Positions 59,446 through 64,000 of a stretch of DNA of 64,000 nt are shown here, piece by piece (position 1 is the first letter of the stretch; each line of letters begins with the position of its first letter). The stretch spans positions 33,813-97,812 of the forward strand of contig JAENXC010000014.1 of the NCBI GenBank assembly GCA_016649715.1, read 5' to 3'. Source of the stretch: Flavobacteriaceae bacterium (GTDB lineage: Bacteria; Bacteroidota; Bacteroidia; Flavobacteriales; Flavobacteriaceae). The position numbers and the translations under genes are program-made. The notes beneath the pieces were generated by a model. That model did no database searches, had not been told where the DNA came from, and was given only the letters and a program-made list of their open reading frames with translations.

Positions 59446-59617
59446 GGTACTGTTGTAGAATAATGTGGGATTTTGATTTCAACCCATTTTTACCCTGACC
59501 CTAAAGGGAAATAGGTTGAAATCATCATTTCATCCTTTAGGAATGAGGTAAAAAAATGATGATTTCAGATTTCATTTTATATATTGATAAATTCCCATAT
59601 TATTCTACAACACTACC
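59446..59617. mobile_element. 172-bp MITE with 25-bp terminal inverted repeats and an 8-bp target-site duplication
   Basis: Left TIR GGTACTGTTGTAGAATAATGTGGGA versus reverse complement of right TIR GGTAGTGTTGTAGAATAATATGGGA (23/25 match); ATCCATTA at 59438-45 and 59618-25; absent from the paralogous spacer 56306-56412. Confidence 0.88.
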
Positions 59618-59685
59618 ATCCATTACAAAAAAAAACCGCCCCAAATTGATTTTGGGACGGCTTCTTGTTATGGATAGCGAAAGGA

Positions 59686-62604
59686 TTATTTCACTATCAA
59701 TCTTGCAGTTTTAATGACCTTAGTGTCTTGCCCTCCGGCCTTAATAATGTAAACGCCGCTTGCCGCAAATGACATATCCAGCGTTAAATGATATGCGCCA
59801 TCCACTTTTCCGATGGGTTTGATGCCCAATTCCTGACCCAATACATTAAAGACTGAAATATAGCCCATTCCGTCATAATCTGAAACCAAGGATATTTCAA
59901 AGTGTTTGTTGTCTGTACTTGTTATCACCAATTCCCCATTTCTGATAGACATATCGTCAATTCCCAAGGTACCGATGTTGGCGGTATAATCTTCTGTTTC
60001 GCCAAAAGGAGTTGTTTGACAAGCATCTTGTGGCACAGTGCCATTCCAATTTGTTTTGGCTCGCATGCGGTGTTCCCCAGCTGTGGCGTTTGAAGGAACT
60101 ACTAAGTCTAAAATGGAAGTGTAAGTTCCGGCACCTTGACCTGGATAAAGTTGAACACTTTCCAATACAACTTCATCTGTTGTAAAAACAGAATCGTCGT
60201 TAAAATCTATCCAAACTTTTAGGTATTGACCTCCGTAATTTGTGCCGAAAGTTAATTGATTGGTGCTGCCAGGCTCTAAATTTGCAATCAAGTTTGTAAA
60301 ATCACCATAGCCTTCACAACCCGAAACATTATTTATTTCTGCAACTGCAAATAATCTAATCCCATGACCAAGACTACAATTCATAGCCGGTTCACAAATA
60401 GTATTTTCAATTTCTCTTGTAACAGCATTGTTGGCTGGTTTTGCATCTCCAGACAAAGAAGTTGAAACCGTAACATTGTAAACTTTCATAATAGACAAGT
60501 CCGCAGTTTGTGCAAAGGAAAAGTTCACCTCTTCTTCGGAAGCAATAGTTCCCGTAAATGTTTCAACAACTGGTGTTCCTCCGTCAATAACATATTGTAC
60601 ATTAAAATTTGATTGTGGTGAAGCTCCAAAGTTTCTAATTGTTGCTGTAATAGTTTCGCTATTTCCCAATCCTGGACCGGTAACTGGCGATGTAATTTCA
60701 GTTGCCCCCACATCATTTGCAAGAAGATGGGTAACTACTTTGCTTATTGGATCATTCGCCGGAAATTCATCTCCAGACAAACGTGTTCTTGCTTCAATAA
60801 CATAGCTTTGTCCTGGTGTTGACAAATTTACGGTCTGTGTAAAAGTATAGGTTGAAACAGCACCCGGAGCTATAGTTCCTGCAAATGTTTCCGAAGCCAC
60901 CAAATTGCCATCAACACGCAATTCCAAAGGAATATTTGATTTTGCAGCTAATCCGTAATTTCTAACTCTAACTTCAACGGTCTCAGCATTCGTCAAGATG
61001 CCATTTTCAGGTTGAACAATTGTACTCACCCCTAAATCTGAAGTAAATCCACCAAAAATTCTATAAGAAGCTATTTGGGTTCTCCAAGCATTATTAGATG
61101 AAAAGAAATCTGCCGTGTGCCAAAAAGTGAGGTCGTTAGGATCCATAGTTGTATGTCCGTAGTCACCGTATCTATAGGTGCTAGTTCGCACTCCTACTCC
61201 ATTTTTAATAGTAGTTTCAGCTACAGTCATAGTTCCCAAAGGATCTCCGTTATAGCGACCTGTATATCGAATTCCAACTGGCAAAGTAGAACTTCCAATA
61301 CTATAGGCAAGCCCAATATTTCCATAAATATCCATTGCGGAACTGCTCATAAATCGGCTGTGACCGTCCGCAGGCGCATAAGTACCTTCTTGATAGACCG
61401 TCCAAGGGTTGGTGCTATCGTTTCTCAATTCAATCCATCTTATTCCGCCTGTTTCATTCGCGTCAATAAAAGTATTGAAAGTTATAAGCCAAGAGTTGTG
61501 ATCTGCAAAACTTCTATAATTTGCAGCAAATGAAATTATCCCTCCATGCCCAGCGAGCTTCTGATTGGTTCCGGGTTGCTTTATTGCTCCTTGTCCAAAT
61601 ATTTCACCTGCATCAAAAGGATCAGTCGGAACTATAAGTGGAGCGGAAATAGTAGAGTTTGCTGGTGTTGTCCAATCCATATCAATTTCCCAAATCTTTA
61701 AATGGTCACTTGAAACCCCGTTCCAAGCATCATCCTGCAAATAGGTAATATATCCCGGTGTGTTCGGTGCAATGGTAGTTCCCAAAAGATTGGCTGCCTC
61801 GGGACTCTTTACTTGGTTAGGATTCACTATAATCCCGGGAAGTGAAAATATTACTATCGCAGGATTAGGACCCCCATTTAGTAATACATCGCGATCCATC
61901 GCAAATGCACGGGTTGTAGCACCCCCTAAATTTACTGTTCCATAATAGGCGTCTGGCCATACAGCGTAATGTGGATAGTCCGGAAAACCGCTAAATGCAA
62001 ATTGGTACACATTATAGGCACCTGTTGGATCGCTGGTAGCCGATACACCAATTGCTAAAGAGTTTCCGCCATTAATATTTCCAAATTCACTTACAATCCA
62101 TCGGTCTGCCAATCGGTCGTACAACACAATGGGGTCGCCACTGTTGCCGCCAAAACCGAGAAAGGTCCCCAGTGAAACTGGCCCTACCAATAAAGTTCCA
62201 GTTTTAGAAAAAATCTTTACCAATGAATTTACCGAGTGAAGGTAATGGTTTGGGCCAACCGCTCCCGTTGGATCCGGTGGATAATATCCAGACTCTGAAG
62301 AAGAGGCTCCAATAAAGTTCTGTTCAATTGACCTTGTAGCAATTTGGCCAAATGTTGTTTGAAGATTGTCAATGACCGTTGGTGGAACCTCATTGATCTC
62401 AATTTGTGTGGTAGATTCGTTTGGCACTACCGTCAATTTTTTTGGATCTAAATTAAGATTGTCTGGCATAGTTGGAAAATCGCGTAAAGGCATCGTCTGC
62501 CTAACAAGCGTTCCTACTATTATTTGCTCTGGCGGAAATTTCTGCTGTGCAAAAATCCCCAAGCTTGAAAATAAAGCTAATGTTAAAAGTAATCTGTTTC
62601 GCAT
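59686..62604 (-). CDS. T9SS cargo protein, paralogue C
   Basis: Same architecture as A and B; 972 aa. Confidence 0.9.
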   Translation of the reverse strand: MRNRLLLTLALFSSLGIFAQQKFPPEQIIVGTLVRQTMPLRDFPTMPDNLNLDPKKLTVVPNESTTQIEINEVPPTVIDNLQTTFGQIATRSIEQNFIGASSSESGYYPPDPTGAVGPNHYLHSVNSLVKIFSKTGTLLVGPVSLGTFLGFGGNSGDPIVLYDRLADRWIVSEFGNINGGNSLAIGVSATSDPTGAYNVYQFAFSGFPDYPHYAVWPDAYYGTVNLGGATTRAFAMDRDVLLNGGPNPAIVIFSLPGIIVNPNQVKSPEAANLLGTTIAPNTPGYITYLQDDAWNGVSSDHLKIWEIDMDWTTPANSTISAPLIVPTDPFDAGEIFGQGAIKQPGTNQKLAGHGGIISFAANYRSFADHNSWLITFNTFIDANETGGIRWIELRNDSTNPWTVYQEGTYAPADGHSRFMSSSAMDIYGNIGLAYSIGSSTLPVGIRYTGRYNGDPLGTMTVAETTIKNGVGVRTSTYRYGDYGHTTMDPNDLTFWHTADFFSSNNAWRTQIASYRIFGGFTSDLGVSTIVQPENGILTNAETVEVRVRNYGLAAKSNIPLELRVDGNLVASETFAGTIAPGAVSTYTFTQTVNLSTPGQSYVIEARTRLSGDEFPANDPISKVVTHLLANDVGATEITSPVTGPGLGNSETITATIRNFGASPQSNFNVQYVIDGGTPVVETFTGTIASEEEVNFSFAQTADLSIMKVYNVTVSTSLSGDAKPANNAVTREIENTICEPAMNCSLGHGIRLFAVAEINNVSGCEGYGDFTNLIANLEPGSTNQLTFGTNYGGQYLKVWIDFNDDSVFTTDEVVLESVQLYPGQGAGTYTSILDLVVPSNATAGEHRMRAKTNWNGTVPQDACQTTPFGETEDYTANIGTLGIDDMSIRNGELVITSTDNKHFEISLVSDYDGMGYISVFNVLGQELGIKPIGKVDGAYHLTLDMSFAASGVYIIKAGGQDTKVIKTARLIVK

Positions 62605-62809
62605 TTCGGTTCGATTTAAAATTTTAAAAGGCGAAAGGTAAAGGTTTGGGTTTGATTATTCTAAATTATAAACCAGAAATTTTCCAAACCTTAAAATCTG
62701 CCTGTTTTGATGGATTAAAATATCCTCAAATTTGGTTACCTTTGCACCTTCCTTCACCGAAGCCTTGGCAAAGGTGAAACTTTTGAAAATAAACAAACAC
62801 TTTATAAGG

Positions 62810-64000
62810 ATGATTCACTTTTTTGGAAACCTTGAAAACACCGTTTTCGCAGTCCAAACCCACGGTAATATTTCTGAAGAAAACACTAAAAAGTTAGAGT
62901 GGCTTTTCGGCAACCAACCGCAAATAAACCAATCTGCCCTGTCCACAAATACGGCAGATTTTTTTGTTGGGCCCCGCGCCGCAATGGTTACCCCTTGGAG
63001 CACCAATGCCGTGGAAATTACCCAGAATATGGGTATTGCCGAAATCATTCGTATCGAGGAGTTTCACAACAGCACTGTTGAAAAAGGAACTTTTGACCCT
63101 ATGCTTTCTCAAAAATTCCCCAAATTGGATCAACTTATTTTTGATGTCCATATTCTGCCGGAACCTATACTGCAAATCGAAAATATTTCAGAATACAACC
63201 GCAAAGAGGGCTTGTCCCTTAATTCGGAAGAAGTTGAATATCTGGAAGACCTTTCCAAAAAACTGGGAAGAAAACTTACCGACAGTGAAGTGTTTGGTTT
63301 CAGCCAAGTGAACAGCGAACATTGCCGCCACAAGATTTTCAATGGCACTTTTGAAATTGACGGCCATGAAATGCCCACTTCCCTCTCTTCAAACTCATCA
63401 AAAAAACTTCCGAAATAAATCCGAATTCCATTGTTTCGGCATATAAGGACAATGTGGCTTTCGTCAAAGGTCCCAAAGTAAAACAATGGGCTCCAAAAAG
63501 TGGCGACAAGCCCGATTGGTACGAAGAAAAAGAATTTGAAAGCGTTATTTCCATAAAAGCCGAAACCCATAACTTCCCTACAACCGTTGAACCTTTTAAC
63601 GGCGCCGCAACCGGTAGTGGCGGAGAAATCCGCGACCGCTTGGCTGGCGGAAAAGGTTCCTTGCCTTTGGCGGGAACAGCGGTTTATATGACTTCCTATT
63701 CCCGTTTAGACGAAAACCGTCCTTGGGAAAAAGGTATGAATGAACGCGATTGGCTCTACCAAACTCCCTTAGATATATTGATAAAAGCCAGCAATGGTGC
63801 TTCGGACTTTGGCAACAAATTTGGCCAACCCTTGATTGCAGGTTCGGTTTTTACATTTGAACACCAAGAACACTCAAGAAAGTTAGGTTATGACAAAGTA
63901 ATAATGCTTGCCGGAGGAATTGGCTTCGGAAAAGCCAGCCAAGCCATTAAAGGAAAGCCACAAGAAGGCGATAAGATTGTCGTTCTCGGTGGTGAAAACT
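62810..64000 (+). pseudogene. purL: Phosphoribosylformylglycinamidine synthase (large PurL) with a 2-bp frameshift near 63386; runs off the window end
   Basis: Start MIHFFGN at 62810; SQVNSEHCRHKIFNG in the first frame; FKLIKKTS...KAETHNFPTTVEPFNGAATGSGGEIRD continues open in a shifted frame. Genuine lesion or assembly error cannot be told from the sequence. Confidence 0.85.

Noticed and set aside
63400-63406. A7 run as a programmed frameshift site in purL
   Set aside because: The lesion lies upstream and replaces the expected FKLI residues, and I know of no programmed frameshifting in purL. A simple 2-bp insertion explains the data.

Overview
A 64-kb AT-rich chromosomal window from a Flavobacteriaceae genome (Bacteroidota; Aequorivita-like is an inference from gene content, T9SS cargo, lipoproteins and TAnnTTTG promoters). 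It is mostly housekeeping genes: lon (partial), two msrB, lpdA, aroQ, xerD, a zapB-like gene with zapA, 6S RNA and rny, cysteine desulfurase, rocD, rlmD, arsC, fumC, ccsA, kdsC-like, maf, an RsmB-family methyltransferase and purL (partial). Envelope genes include three tandem OMP beta-barrels, two TonB-dependent receptors, many lipoproteins and four T9SS cargo proteins. No CRISPR array, prophage, rRNA, tRNA or transposase gene is visible. The most unusual signal is in the spacers, which are filled with several REP-like and short tandem repeat families. A ~20-bp palindromic CCTGC...GCAGG cassette is inserted into other repeats, into itself, and in frame into a coding sequence. Other notable items: a 172-bp MITE with a clean 8-bp target duplication; three tandem T9SS paralogues whose middle copy is a head/stalk mosaic; a PIN toxin-antitoxin pair interrupting a deacetylase/small-protein/sodium-symporter run; a degraded PAS histidine kinase; a 2-bp frameshift in purL; two simple-sequence repeats directly upstream of genes; and two small membrane ORFs missed by the ORF track.
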